Assembly (NCBI GenBank): GCA_963789925.1
Contig: CAWBMQ010000006.1
Coordinates: 231,378 to 295,377, forward strand
DNA: 64,000 bases
Reading direction: 5' to 3'
DNA from: an uncultured Gemmatimonadales bacterium
Lineage (GTDB): Bacteria > Gemmatimonadota > Gemmatimonadetes > Gemmatimonadales > GWC2-71-9
The translations under genes and the position numbers were made by a program. This document shows, piece by piece, positions 9,401-18,620 of the stretch. Below the pieces are notes generated by a model, which worked only from the letters and a program-made list of their open reading frames with translations, had not been told where the DNA came from and made no database searches. How positions within the stretch are numbered: position 1 is the first letter of the stretch; every line of letters starts with the position of its first letter.

Positions 9401-10644
9401 GCTTCCTTCTTCTGCTTGAGCCGCTCCGTAACGATGAGCGGCGTCACGCCGTCGTTCACCGCCTCCTTCGTGATGACCACCTCGCGCACATCCTCGCGCG
9501 CCGGCAGGTCAAACATCAGGTCGGTCATCATGGTCTCGAGGATGGAGCGGAGACCACGGGCCCCGGTGCCGCGCTTGAGCGCCTTGGCGGCGACGGCGCG
9601 GAGGGCTTCCTGGTCGAACGTGAGGCCCACGCTCTCGAGCTCGAAGAGCTTCTTGTACTGCTTGGTGAGCGCATTCTTCGGCTCGACGAGGATGCGCATG
9701 AGCGACTCCTCGTCGAGGGTCTCGAGCGAGACGGTGACGGGAAGGCGTCCCACCAGCTCGGGGATGAGCCCGAAGCGGAGCAGGTCATCGGGCTCGACCT
9801 CGGCGAAGGGGTTCCGCGGGTCGGATCCCTTGATGCCGGCGCGCTCCTGGCCGTTGAAGCCGATGAGCTGACGCCCGGTGCGGGTCTCGATGATCTTCTC
9901 CAGCCCGTCGAACGCGCCGCCGCAGATGAACAGGATGTCCTTGGTGTTGATCTGGATGTATTCCTGCTGCGGATGCTTCCGGCCGCCCTGGGGCGGCACG
10001 GAGGCGACGGTGCCCTCGAGGATCTTGAGGAGCGCCTGCTGCACGCCCTCGCCCGACACGTCGCGGGTGATGCTCGGGTTCTCGGACTTGCGCGCGATCT
10101 TGTCGATCTCGTCGATATAGACGATGCCGCGCTCGCACTCGGAGACGTTGAACTCGCCCGCCTGCAGCAGCCGCACCAGGATGTTCTCCACGTCCTCGCC
10201 GACGTAGCCGGCTTCGGTGAGGGTGGTGGCGTCGGCGATGGTGAAGGGGACGTCGAGGATCCGGGCGAGCGTCTGGGCCAGCAGCGTCTTGCCGACGCCG
10301 GTGGGCCCGATGAGCAGGATGTTGGACTTGTCCAGCTCGACGTCCCCGTCACGGCCCGACTGCGAGTTGATGCGCTTGTAGTGGTTGTAGACGGCAACGG
10401 CCAGGGTGCGCTTGGCGCGTTCCTGGCCGATGACGTACTGATCGAGGACGTCCTTGATCTCCTGCGGCAGCGGTACCTGGGTAATGCTGTCGGCAACCTC
10501 GCGCTCCTCATCCTCCGCCAGGATCTCGTTGCAGAGGGTGATGCACTCGTTGCAGATATAGACCGACGGGCCGGAAATGAACTTCCGGACCGAGTCTTTT
10601 GACTTTCCGCAAAACGAGCAACGCAGGTGCTTGTCGTTCGACAT
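9397..10644 (-). CDS. clpX: ATP-dependent Clp protease ATP-binding subunit ClpX
   Basis: 415 aa. Zinc-finger N-terminus CSFCGK...CNEC. Walker A GPTGVGKT. Walker [10 protein letters not shown]. Sits downstream of clpP. Confidence 0.97.
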   Translation of the reverse strand: MSNDKHLRCSFCGKSKDSVRKFISGPSVYICNECITLCNEILAEDEEREVADSITQVPLPQEIKDVLDQYVIGQERAKRTLAVAVYNHYKRINSQSGRDGDVELDKSNILLIGPTGVGKTLLAQTLARILDVPFTIADATTLTEAGYVGEDVENILVRLLQAGEFNVSECERGIVYIDEIDKIARKSENPSITRDVSGEGVQQALLKILEGTVASVPPQGGRKHPQQEYIQINTKDILFICGGAFDGLEKIIETRTGRQLIGFNGQERAGIKGSDPRNPFAEVEPDDLLRFGLIPELVGRLPVTVSLETLDEESLMRILVEPKNALTKQYKKLFELESVGLTFDQEALRAVAAKALKRGTGARGLRSILETMMTDLMFDLPAREDVREVVITKEAVNDGVTPLIVTERLKQKKEA

Positions 10645-10713
10645 TCAGGCCGTTTCCGGGATGTGGTGTGGGGCGAGTCGAAAGCTTGCCCGCCCCACGG
10701 GGGGCGTCAAGGG

Positions 10714-11334
10714 CTAGCCCGCGACCGCCGCGACGAGGCTTTCCGCGCCCTTGCGGGCGGTAAAGACCTTGTCAATGAGGCCATAAGCCATCGCCTCTTC
10801 CGCGCTCATGAACCGGTCCCGGTCCATGTCGCGTTCGATCGTCTCCACCGGCTGGCCGGTATGGAGGCTGTAGAGCGAGTTCAGCTTGGTGCGGAGGTAC
10901 AGGATCTCCCGCGCCTGGATCTCGATGTCGGCGGCGGTACCCTGCGCGCCACCCGAGGGCTGGTGGATCATGATCCGCGAGTGCGGCAGGGCGCTGCGCT
11001 TGCCCTTGGTGCCGGCCGCGAGCAGGAACGACCCCATCGAGGCGGCCATGCCCATGCAGATCGTGTTCACCGGCGCCTTCAGGTGCTGCATCGTGTCGTA
11101 GATGGCCAGGCCGGACGACACCACGCCACCGGGCGAGTTGAGGTAGAGGTAGATGTCCTTCTCGGGGTTGTCGGCCTCGAGAAAGAGCAGCTGGGCGATG
11201 ATGATGTTCGCGACGTCGTCGTTGATCGGCGCGCCGAGAAACACGATGCGGTCCATGAGCAGGCGCGAGAAGATGTCGTAGGTCCGCTCGCCGCGGCTGG
11301 AACGCTCGATGATGTAGGGCGGGTACAGGGCCAT
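10714..11334 (-). CDS. clpP: ATP-dependent Clp protease proteolytic subunit ClpP
   Basis: 206 aa. [11 protein letters not shown], catalytic-Ser context GMAASMG, and HQP (His). Canonical tig-clpP-clpX order. Confidence 0.97.
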   Translation of the reverse strand: MALYPPYIIERSSRGERTYDIFSRLLMDRIVFLGAPINDDVANIIIAQLLFLEADNPEKDIYLYLNSPGGVVSSGLAIYDTMQHLKAPVNTICMGMAASMGSFLLAAGTKGKRSALPHSRIMIHQPSGGAQGTAADIEIQAREILYLRTKLNSLYSLHTGQPVETIERDMDRDRFMSAEEAMAYGLIDKVFTARKGAESLVAAVAG

Positions 11335-11336
11335 CG

Positions 11337-12602
11337 TCAGGACTTCGCCTCCACTACGGTGGACTGCGAGAGCAGCCAGGTGAACGCCTTGTCTTCCGTG
11401 ATGCTGTGCTCGAGCTCGGTCAGCCGGCCCGACTTCTGGAGCTGGGCGTAGAGGTCGCCCGCCGGGACGTTCCGCGCCGCCGCGAGGGCGGCGATGCGCT
11501 CGTCGATCTCGGCTTCCGTCGCCTGCAGCTTCTCCTTCTCCACCACCGCCCCGATGATCAGGTCGCGGCGCACCTGCGCCTCGGCGATGTCGTGGAACTG
11601 GGCCTCGAACTTGTCCAGGGCCTCGTGCCCGTGCTCATGGTCGATGCCGAACTGGTGGGCGTAGGCATGGAGCCAGCGGTGCACCAGTGAGTGCGGGGCG
11701 GGAACGTTGTTGGCCGTCACCAGCTCGTTGATCAGCGCGGAACGGACCTGGGCGTCGGCCGTCCGCTCGGCGTCCCGGCCCAGGTCGGTGCGGATCGCGT
11801 CCTTGAGCGAGTCGAGGGTGTCGAAGTTGCCCACCTCGTTGGCGAAGGCATCGTCGAGCGGCGGCAATTCCTGGCTCTTGATCTCATGCAAGGTGACGCG
11901 CACCCGGCGGGTTTGCCCACGCCGGGCCTCGTCGGCATGGTCGTCGGGGAACCGGACGTCGGCGTCCACGGTCTCGCCTGGCGTCAGGCCCATGATCTTC
12001 TCTTCGAGGTCGGGAACCGCCTGGTTCTGCCCGAGGACGATGTTGTGGGGGTTGGACTCACCCACCTTGTCGCCGTCAATCGGGGCAACCTCGATGCGCA
12101 CCATGTGCCCCGGGGCCGGCTTGCCACCCTCGACCGGGTTCCAGTTGGCCTTCCGCTCGCGCATCCGGTCCAGCTGTTCGGTGATCGCGGCGTCGTCGAC
12201 CTTGGGCACTGTCCGGGTGAAGCTGAACCCGCCGGTCCTGCCCAGGGTGATCTCGGGCCGCACCTCGACCACCAGCTCGAACTCGACCGGCCCGCCCTGT
12301 TCGAACTTGAGGTTCCTGACCGAAGGGTCAGAAATGGGCTTGAGCCCCTGGGTGCTCTGGGCTTCTTCCCAGCTTTCGCGGATCACGTCTTCCAGGACGG
12401 CCTGCTTGATGGCCTGATCGAACTTCTTCCGGACGATGGCGACAGGGGCCTTGCCGGGGCGAAACCCCGGGAGACGGGCCCGGCTGGCGTACATGGCGAC
12501 AGCCTTGTCCTCGGCCTGCTTGACCCGCTCGACCCCGACAGTGACCTGAAGGGAGCGGGACGCGGCATCCTCGGACTTCTTCTCGATGGTGATGTTGGAC
12601 AT
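11337..12602 (-). CDS. tig: Trigger factor
   Basis: The listed 500-aa ORF is N-terminally over-extended. ATG at 12602 gives [22 protein letters not shown]..., with PGFRPGKAP (ribosome-binding signature GFRxGxxP). Confidence 0.93.
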   Translation of the reverse strand: MSNITIEKKSEDAASRSLQVTVGVERVKQAEDKAVAMYASRARLPGFRPGKAPVAIVRKKFDQAIKQAVLEDVIRESWEEAQSTQGLKPISDPSVRNLKFEQGGPVEFELVVEVRPEITLGRTGGFSFTRTVPKVDDAAITEQLDRMRERKANWNPVEGGKPAPGHMVRIEVAPIDGDKVGESNPHNIVLGQNQAVPDLEEKIMGLTPGETVDADVRFPDDHADEARRGQTRRVRVTLHEIKSQELPPLDDAFANEVGNFDTLDSLKDAIRTDLGRDAERTADAQVRSALINELVTANNVPAPHSLVHRWLHAYAHQFGIDHEHGHEALDKFEAQFHDIAEAQVRRDLIIGAVVEKEKLQATEAEIDERIAALAAARNVPAGDLYAQLQKSGRLTELEHSITEDKAFTWLLSQSTVVEAKS

Positions 12603-12678
12603 TTGGCAAAGATAATAGGGGGCGGGGCGGGAGGCCTCGGGGCGGAAAACAGCGTGAGGAGGAACGGCAACGGCGTAA

Positions 12679-12708
12679 GGGTGAGGGTGAGGGGTGAGGG
12701 GGCTTACC
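12679..12708 (+). repeat. G-tract element GGGTGAGGGTGAGGGGTGAGGGGGCTTACC (second copy at 44569)
   Basis: About 28 of 32 positions are shared with 44567-44598. Further G-runs lie at 12618-12645. Confidence 0.75.
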
Positions 12709-12966
12709 GGGTCACGTGGGAGTTCACGGGGGCTGGTACGGTGAGCCATGCCAATTTCCTTTGCGATCCGTGCAGGTATCTGCATCGCGACGCTCACATT
12801 GTTTCCGGGCGACGCGAATGCGCAGGGACCGTCGGCCACCCGCTTAGAGTCTTCTCAGCCTCGCAGGGACAGTGGCGCTGGTGTTTGGTATCGACGCAGC
12901 AATCGGCGCAGCGATCGGGCTCCTCGTCGGGGCGAGCGAACCGTCGAGGGGCCCGGTGCCGACTGA

Positions 12967-13390
12967 CTAGGCTTCGCGCTTCCGCGATTCGAGCCAGCCA
13001 TCCACGCTGTACGGACCCGCGCCCCATGCCGCGAAGACCAGCCAGATGAAGCAGAAGAGCATGACCATCTCCCCGCGGTTCTCCCACCAGAAGATCTTGC
13101 CCTTGCCACCGGCATGGATCCACCAGTACGCGACCGCCATTTCGCCGGACGCGATGAAGGCGACGAGACGTGTCGCCCAGTCCGAGCACGAGCAGGGCAC
13201 CGCCCACGAACTCGATGACGCCGGCAACGCCGAACCTGCTCATCAGTTCCACCGTGCCGCCGTCGGGTCCCATGCCACCGAACCAGCCGAAGAGCTTCTG
13301 GGCGCCATGGGAGAAGAACGCGGCGCCCGCAAAGATGCGCAGTGCGGCCTGGGTGGCGGGGAGAAAGCGACTGTTCAGCGGTGCGATCAT
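12967..13390 (-). pseudogene. DoxX-family membrane protein, reading frame broken near 13175
   Basis: ATG 13390 (AAGGAG upstream) gives MIAPLNSRFLPATQAALRIFAGAAFFSHGAQKLFGWFGG...GGALLVLGLG. The family-typical continuation TRLVAFIASGEMAVAYWWIHAG...GAGPYSVDGWL lies in another frame (ORF 12967..13227). Confidence 0.8.
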
Positions 13391-13479
13391 TGGGAGTGGC
13401 TCCTTGTGAATCATTTCACATGTCGCGCTGGATTGCGTACAACCGTTTCGGCCGATACGTTGACCCTCGAGTTTAAATA

Positions 13480-13652
13480 GACGCAGGCGGTGCTGCTGTA
13501 AGGAAGCCGGTTCAAGCCGGCGCGGCCCCGCCACTGTATGAGGCCCGCGAGAGGATCCGCGGTCCGGTGTCGCCTGTATCAAGCCACTGGGGACGGTCTG
13601 CTCCCTGGGAAGGCTGGCGACGCTGCCTCGAGCCAGGAGACTGGCCCGCCTG
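13480..13652 (+). promoter_or_regulatory. Cobalamin (B12) riboswitch
   Basis: GGTGCTGC..TAAGGAAGCCGGTTCAAGCCGGCGCGGCCCCGCCACTGTA..AAGCCACTGGG..GGGAAGGC and the B12 box AGCCAGGAGACTGGCC (13631-13646) match the conserved cobalamin riboswitch core. It lies about 100 nt upstream of a BtuF-like gene. Confidence 0.88.
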
Positions 13653-13756
13653 CGCCCGCATCATGTCTCTCCAGGGAGGGACGCGGGGGTGGGCTACGTC
13701 TCCGCACGGGAGGCGAACGCCGGTGTTGCACCCCTTCGTTCCAGGAGCCGGAACGA

Positions 13757-14659
13757 GTGGGTGTTTTGTTTTCCATCCTGTTGCTCCTGCTCGCCGCCTG
13801 CACGGGCCGTACGGATCGCCCGGCTGCAGGAGCGGCCATCACGCTGACCGATGACGCCGGGCACACGGTGCCGCTTGCCGCCCCTGCCCAGCGCGTCATC
13901 TCCCTCGTTCCCAGCGTCACCGAAACCATCATCGCACTCGACGCGGGCGATCGTATCGTCGGCCGCACCGAGTACGACCGCGACAGCTCGCTCGCCGCCG
14001 TACCGCTCATCGGACGGGGACTGAGCCCGAGCATCGAGGCGATGATCGCGCTCCATCCCGACCTCGTGGTGGTGTGGGCCAGCGACAAGCGCGGCGACCT
14101 CCGCGGCCAGCTGGAAAAGGCGAAGATCCCGGTGCTCGCGCTCGAGGTACAGGACACGACGGATGCGTTCAGGGTGGTCGGGCTGATGGGCACGGCACTC
14201 GGCCGGGAAGAGGCAGGCGGCATGCTGCTCGATTCCCTGAGGGCCTCCCTGAAGGCGACGGCGTCCATCGCGAGGCAGCGCTCACGCCGGCGCGTCTTCT
14301 ACGTGGTCTACAACGATCCGCCGATGACGGCGGGACCCGGCACCTTCATCGACCAGCTGCTGGACATCGCCGGGGCGGACAACGTCTTCAGTGACGCCGC
14401 ATCCAGGTGGCCCACGGTGTCGCTGGAAGAGGTTGTGAAGCGCGATCCCGACATCGTGGTGCTGCCGGTGGGCGAGATGTCGGCGCAGGTGGGCGAGCGG
14501 CTTCGCAACACCGCGGGATGGCGTGACCTCCGCGCAGTGAAGAACGGTTGTCTCGCCCTGGTGGATGCCGACCTGGTGAACCGCCCCGGCACCAACGTCG
14601 CCATCGCCGCGCGGCGGCTCGAGGTCCTGCTGCACGACGAGACCTGTCCCGTCCCATGA
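13757..14659 (+). CDS. ABC transporter periplasmic binding protein, BtuF/FecB-like (cobalamin/siderophore class)
   Basis: GTG 13757 is preceded by AGGAG. Lipoprotein signal LLLLLAAC-T. RVISLVPSVTETIIALDAGDRIVGRT and PDLVVVW are typical of class III (PBP8) binding proteins. Confidence 0.85.
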   Translation: MGVLFSILLLLLAACTGRTDRPAAGAAITLTDDAGHTVPLAAPAQRVISLVPSVTETIIALDAGDRIVGRTEYDRDSSLAAVPLIGRGLSPSIEAMIALHPDLVVVWASDKRGDLRGQLEKAKIPVLALEVQDTTDAFRVVGLMGTALGREEAGGMLLDSLRASLKATASIARQRSRRRVFYVVYNDPPMTAGPGTFIDQLLDIAGADNVFSDAASRWPTVSLEEVVKRDPDIVVLPVGEMSAQVGERLRNTAGWRDLRAVKNGCLALVDADLVNRPGTNVAIAARRLEVLLHDETCPVP

Positions 14660-15655
14660 TCACGACCGCGTCGATCGTCCGCCGCTACCTCCTGCTGACG
14701 CTGCTGCTCGGCCTCGCGGGCATGCTGGCCGTGCGGGTCGGCGCCGTGGGCCTGTCGCTCACTGACATCGTCGCCGCCGTGCGCGGCACCGCCGACACTG
14801 CGACGCACACCATCGTGGTAGGGCTCCGCATTCCGCGAGTGGTGCTCGCGGCGCTCTGCGGCGCCGCACTGGCCATCAGTGGGGCCACCTACCAGGCGCT
14901 CCTGCGCAACACCCTCGCCGAGCCCTACATCCTCGGCGTGTCGAGCGGTGCCGCGCTCGGCGCCGTTGCGGCGACGGTGTTCGGTCTCGACCGGCTCAGC
15001 CCCTGGATCATCCCGGCCTTCGCCTTCGCCGGCGCGCTTGCCGCGATCGTGCTGGTGCTGCGCGTGGCACTGGTGGCGGGCCGGGTGCTCGACCGCCGGA
15101 CCCTGTTGCTGGCCGGCGTCGTCGTCGGCGCGTTCTGCAATGCCGCGGTGCTGCTCTTCCTCACCTTCGCCGACGCCGAGTCATTCCGGTCGGCGGTGTT
15201 CTGGATGATGGGGAGCCTGGCGGGCGCCACCTGGCAGCACGTGCTGCTGCTCGCGCGTGCCGCTGGTGATCGCCGGCGTGGTGCTCTTCGGGCTGGCGCG
15301 CTCGCTCAACCTCCTCGCGGTAGGCGAACCGACGGCGGCCGCGCTGGGCGTGCCGGTGGAGCGGGTGAAGTACCTCTGCTTCGCGCTGGCCTCGGTACTG
15401 GCCGCGGCGGCGGTGGCGGTAAGCGGCGTCATCGGATTCGTCGGCCTGATCATTCCGCATGCGGTGCGCCTCCTGTGGGGCAGCAACTACCGCCAGCTCC
15501 TGCCTGGCGCCGCCTTCCTGGGCGCGATCTTCCTCGTCGTCGCCGATGCGGCAGCCCGCACCCTCGCCGCCCCAACCGAATTGCCCATCGGTGTGCTGAC
15601 GGCGCTGGTGGGCGTACCGGTCTTCGTCGTGCTGCTGCGGCGTCGCGATGACTGA
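14656..15655 (+). pseudogene. FecCD/BtuC-type ABC permease, frame broken near 15255
   Basis: ATGA overlap with the upstream gene. The N-part (MITTASIVRRYLLLTLLL...FWMMGSLAGATWQHVLLLA) is in one frame. The C-part (VPLVIAGVVLFGLARSLNLLAVGEPTAAALGVPVERV...GVLTALVGVPVFVVLL) is in ORF 15257..15655. Confidence 0.85.
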
Positions 15656-16470
15656 CATCACGTGGAAGGCGGAGCGGGTGAGCTTCCGGCATCCCGGTGC
15701 ATCGCGTGATGCGGTGCGCGAGGTGAGCTGTGATCTCGCCGGTGGCGGCGTCATCGCCATCCTCGGTCCCAATGGAGCCGGGAAGTCCACGTTCGTGCGA
15801 CTCCTCATCGGTCTCGCCGCACCCACCCGCGGCATCGTGCAGTTCCGCGGGCGCAGCCTTGTTTCGTGGCCGCGGGGCGCGATTGCGCGGGAGATCGGGT
15901 TCGTCCCGCAGGGCGAGGAGTCGGTGTTTCCGATGACGGTGCGCGACGTGGTGGCCATGGGGCGGTACCCTCACCTCGGCCCGTGGCGCGCGGAGACGGA
16001 GGAGGACCGCCGGCTGGTACGCCACGCACTGGAAGACGTCGATGCGTTCGCGTTCGCCGACCGGCCCTTCGCCACGCTCAGCGGCGGCGAGCAGCAGCGG
16101 GTGCGCGTCGCCCGGGCGCTGGCGCAGCACGGGTCCGCGATCGTGCTGGACGAGCCGACCGCGGGACTCGACGTCCGGCATGAAATCGAGCTCTTCGCGC
16201 TGCTGCGCGGCCTCGCCTCGCAGGGTCGCACGGTGGTGCTGGTGACGCACAATCTTTCGCTCGCCTCGCGGCTGGCCGATCGCGTGCTGCTCTTCTCGGA
16301 GGGCGCGCTGGTGGCGCAGGGCGAGTCCCGTGCCGTGCTCACCGGCGAGACACTGACGCGGGTGTACGGCTGGCCGATCGACGTGGTGGAGCACCCTGGC
16401 GTCGAACGGCACAGCGGGCGGTCCCCTCGTGGTGCCCCGGCTCACCCCTCCGACGGGACCGGTGCCGTGA
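15648..16470 (+). pseudogene. ABC transporter ATPase, BtuD/FepC-like, with C-terminal frame problem
   Basis: Walker A GPNGAGKST, signature LSGGEQQRV, Walker B IVLDEPTAGLD, H-loop VTHN. As sequenced the frame runs without a stop into the receptor gene. A +1 frame from about 16400 reads GGPLVVPRLTPPTGPVP and ends at TGA 16468-16470, overlapping GTG 16467 (GTGA). Confidence 0.8.
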
Positions 16471-18620
16471 TCCGCGCGCTTCGAGCTCTCGTCCTGCTGG
16501 TGGGCCTGGCTGGCGCGCGCGCCACGCCGGCACGTGCGCAGCATGCGCCCGAACTGCGGGGGCGAGTCGTGGATGCGGCGACGTCGACGCCGCTGCAGGA
16601 CGCCGAGGTGCTCTCGAGCGACGGGGCCCGCGCGGTGACCGGCGCTGACGGCACGTTCGTGCTGCGTGCGCTCAAGCCGGGCCCGGCGCAGGTGACGGTG
16701 CGCCGGGTGGGCTACACGCCGGTCGTGCGCGACGTGGACCTCGTCAACGGCAGCGCCTCGTCGCTCACCGTGCTGCTGATGGCGTCGCCGGTACAGCTCG
16801 CCGAGATCACTGCCGCTGCCGCACCAGCGAGCGGTGGCGTCACGTCGATCGATCGCGCCGCCATCGAGCAGAGCGGAGCCAGCGACCTGGGCGATATCCT
16901 GCAGCAACAGGGTGGCGTGGTGGTGACGCGGGCAGGCGGACCGGGCTCACCTGCGACGGCATCGATTCGTGGATCGAGCGCCAACCAGGTCCTGGTGCTG
17001 GTCGACGGCGTGCCGCAGAACCAGGCGGTGAGCGGCAGTGCCGATCTCTCGCTGGTACGGCTCGACAACGTGGAGAAGATCTCGGTGGTGCGCGGCGCCC
17101 AGTCGGCGCGCTACGGCCAGCAGGCGCTGGGGGGGGCGATCGTGGTGGAGACCCGCCGCCCGGTCGGGGTCGAGGCGCAGGCCGAGATGGGAGCCGGCAC
17201 CTACGGTGCCCGCAGCCTGGCGGGCCGGGCAAGCGTGGGGCGCAATACGGCCGGGGGTGTCGCCGCGTCGGTGAGCGGTGCGTACAACGACTTCGCCGGC
17301 GACTTCCCGTACGAGATTCCGCCCGAACGCGGGGGCGGCACCGGTGTCCGCCTCAACTCCGCAGTGCGCGACGTCTCGCTCAACGGCTCGCTGACGTGGA
17401 CCGGTGCAACCGCCGAGGCGCACGCGCGGGGTGAGTACTTCGACGTGGACCGGGGGATGCCGGGCACGGTGGTGCAGCCGTCGCTCAGCGGCCACCAGAC
17501 CCAGCAGCGGTACGGCGCGGGCATCGATGGCACGATGAAGTTCGGCCAGGCCTCCGCGTCGGCGAGCGTCTCGCTGCAGCGGCAGGACGCGACCTTCGCC
17601 GACAGTTCGCCGCCATTCTCGGCACCGTACGACGACCAGAACCGGGCCGACGTCTTCCTGGCCGATGCCGGCGTGGTGCGCACGCTGGGCCGGTGGGAAG
17701 TGAGCGGCGGGGCGCAATTCCAGCGAATGGGCATCAGCGGCACGGCGCTGAGCGTGGATGCGCCGGGCACCACGCTCTATGGCGGAGGACGGATGGCGGC
17801 GCGCGCGCCGGTCATTGTCGGCGACTGGGCCCTCGACGCGAATGCGGCGCTGCGGGTGGACGGCAGCTCGGTGACGGACCAGTGGTACGTGTCGCCTGCA
17901 TTGGGCGTGCTGCTGCGGCACGACTGGTGGAGCGCGGAGCTCCGGTGGGCGCAGGCCTACAACCCGCCGACACTGGGCGACCTGTACTTCCAGGAGGGCG
18001 TGCAGGTGCGGCCCAACCCGCTGCTGGCACCGGAGCGGGTGAAGAGCGAGTTCTCCCTCTTCCTCGAGGCGCGGCAGGTCGGGCCGGCAGCGCTCAACGC
18101 GAGCGTGGGACTCAACCTCTTCGCGGCCGACGTCAGCGGGATGATCCTCTGGTCACCCGATTTCCAGTACATCTGGAGCCCGAACAATTTCGACGTGAAC
18201 CGCCGGGGCGGCGAGCTCAACCTGCACCTGGCGCCGCAGGGCACTCACCTCGCCATCGCCGGCGGCGTGGCGCTCGCGAGCGTCACCTATGACAACCCGG
18301 TGATCACGGGGCAGGTGGTGTACCGGCCGCTCTGGAGCGCCACGGCGAGCGCCGATGCCAGCGTGCTCGGGTTCGAAGGCGGGCTGGCATACCGCTACGC
18401 CGGATCCCGCCGCACCTCGATGGGCACGGACCTCAACTCGCTTCCCCCGGTTCATCTCCTGGACTTCCGCGTGTCACGCACCTTCCCGGTTGGCGGGATG
18501 GCCGTCAAGGCACGCTTCGCCATCGACAACGTGATCGGTACCCGCACGGGCATGCTGGTCGACTTCCCCCTGCCGGGGCGCATGCTCCGGTTCGACATCT
18601 CCCTCCGCTACGGATCGTGA
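16467..18620 (+). CDS. TonB-dependent receptor (BtuB-like by context) with CarboxypepD_reg-like N-domain
   Basis: Internal GTG gives signal peptide VIRALRALVLLVGLAGARATPARAQ. Then LRGRVVDAATSTPLQDAEV..GTFVLRALKPGPAQVTVRRVGYTP. Plug motifs SIRGSSANQVLVLVDGVPQN and VVRGAQSARYGQQALGGAIVVET. Barrel to the stop at 18620. Confidence 0.88.
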   Translation: MIRALRALVLLVGLAGARATPARAQHAPELRGRVVDAATSTPLQDAEVLSSDGARAVTGADGTFVLRALKPGPAQVTVRRVGYTPVVRDVDLVNGSASSLTVLLMASPVQLAEITAAAAPASGGVTSIDRAAIEQSGASDLGDILQQQGGVVVTRAGGPGSPATASIRGSSANQVLVLVDGVPQNQAVSGSADLSLVRLDNVEKISVVRGAQSARYGQQALGGAIVVETRRPVGVEAQAEMGAGTYGARSLAGRASVGRNTAGGVAASVSGAYNDFAGDFPYEIPPERGGGTGVRLNSAVRDVSLNGSLTWTGATAEAHARGEYFDVDRGMPGTVVQPSLSGHQTQQRYGAGIDGTMKFGQASASASVSLQRQDATFADSSPPFSAPYDDQNRADVFLADAGVVRTLGRWEVSGGAQFQRMGISGTALSVDAPGTTLYGGGRMAARAPVIVGDWALDANAALRVDGSSVTDQWYVSPALGVLLRHDWWSAELRWAQAYNPPTLGDLYFQEGVQVRPNPLLAPERVKSEFSLFLEARQVGPAALNASVGLNLFAADVSGMILWSPDFQYIWSPNNFDVNRRGGELNLHLAPQGTHLAIAGGVALASVTYDNPVITGQVVYRPLWSATASADASVLGFEGGLAYRYAGSRRTSMGTDLNSLPPVHLLDFRVSRTFPVGGMAVKARFAIDNVIGTRTGMLVDFPLPGRMLRFDISLRYGS

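Noticed and set aside
12748-12969. Small plus-strand ORF with a signal-peptide-like start (MPISFAIRAGICIATLTLFPGDANAQ) and, in another frame, a glycine-zipper-like tail (GTVALVFGIDAAIGAAIGLLVGAS).
   Set aside because: It needs yet another frameshift to make a sensible protein, is short, and has no recognisable family signature. It cannot be distinguished from chance in GC-rich DNA without homologues.
12794-13582. The 262-aa minus-strand ORF as a single gene.
   Set aside because: Only residues from MIAPLN (13390) to about 13175 look like protein (DoxX N-terminus). The upstream part runs antisense through the riboswitch leader, and the downstream part is out-of-frame DoxX sequence.
15648-18620. 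A genuine ABC-ATPase/TonB-receptor fusion protein.
   Set aside because: A cytoplasmic ATPase cannot be fused to an outer-membrane barrel that carries its own internal signal peptide. An alternative frame gives a normal ATPase tail ending in a GTGA overlap with the receptor start.
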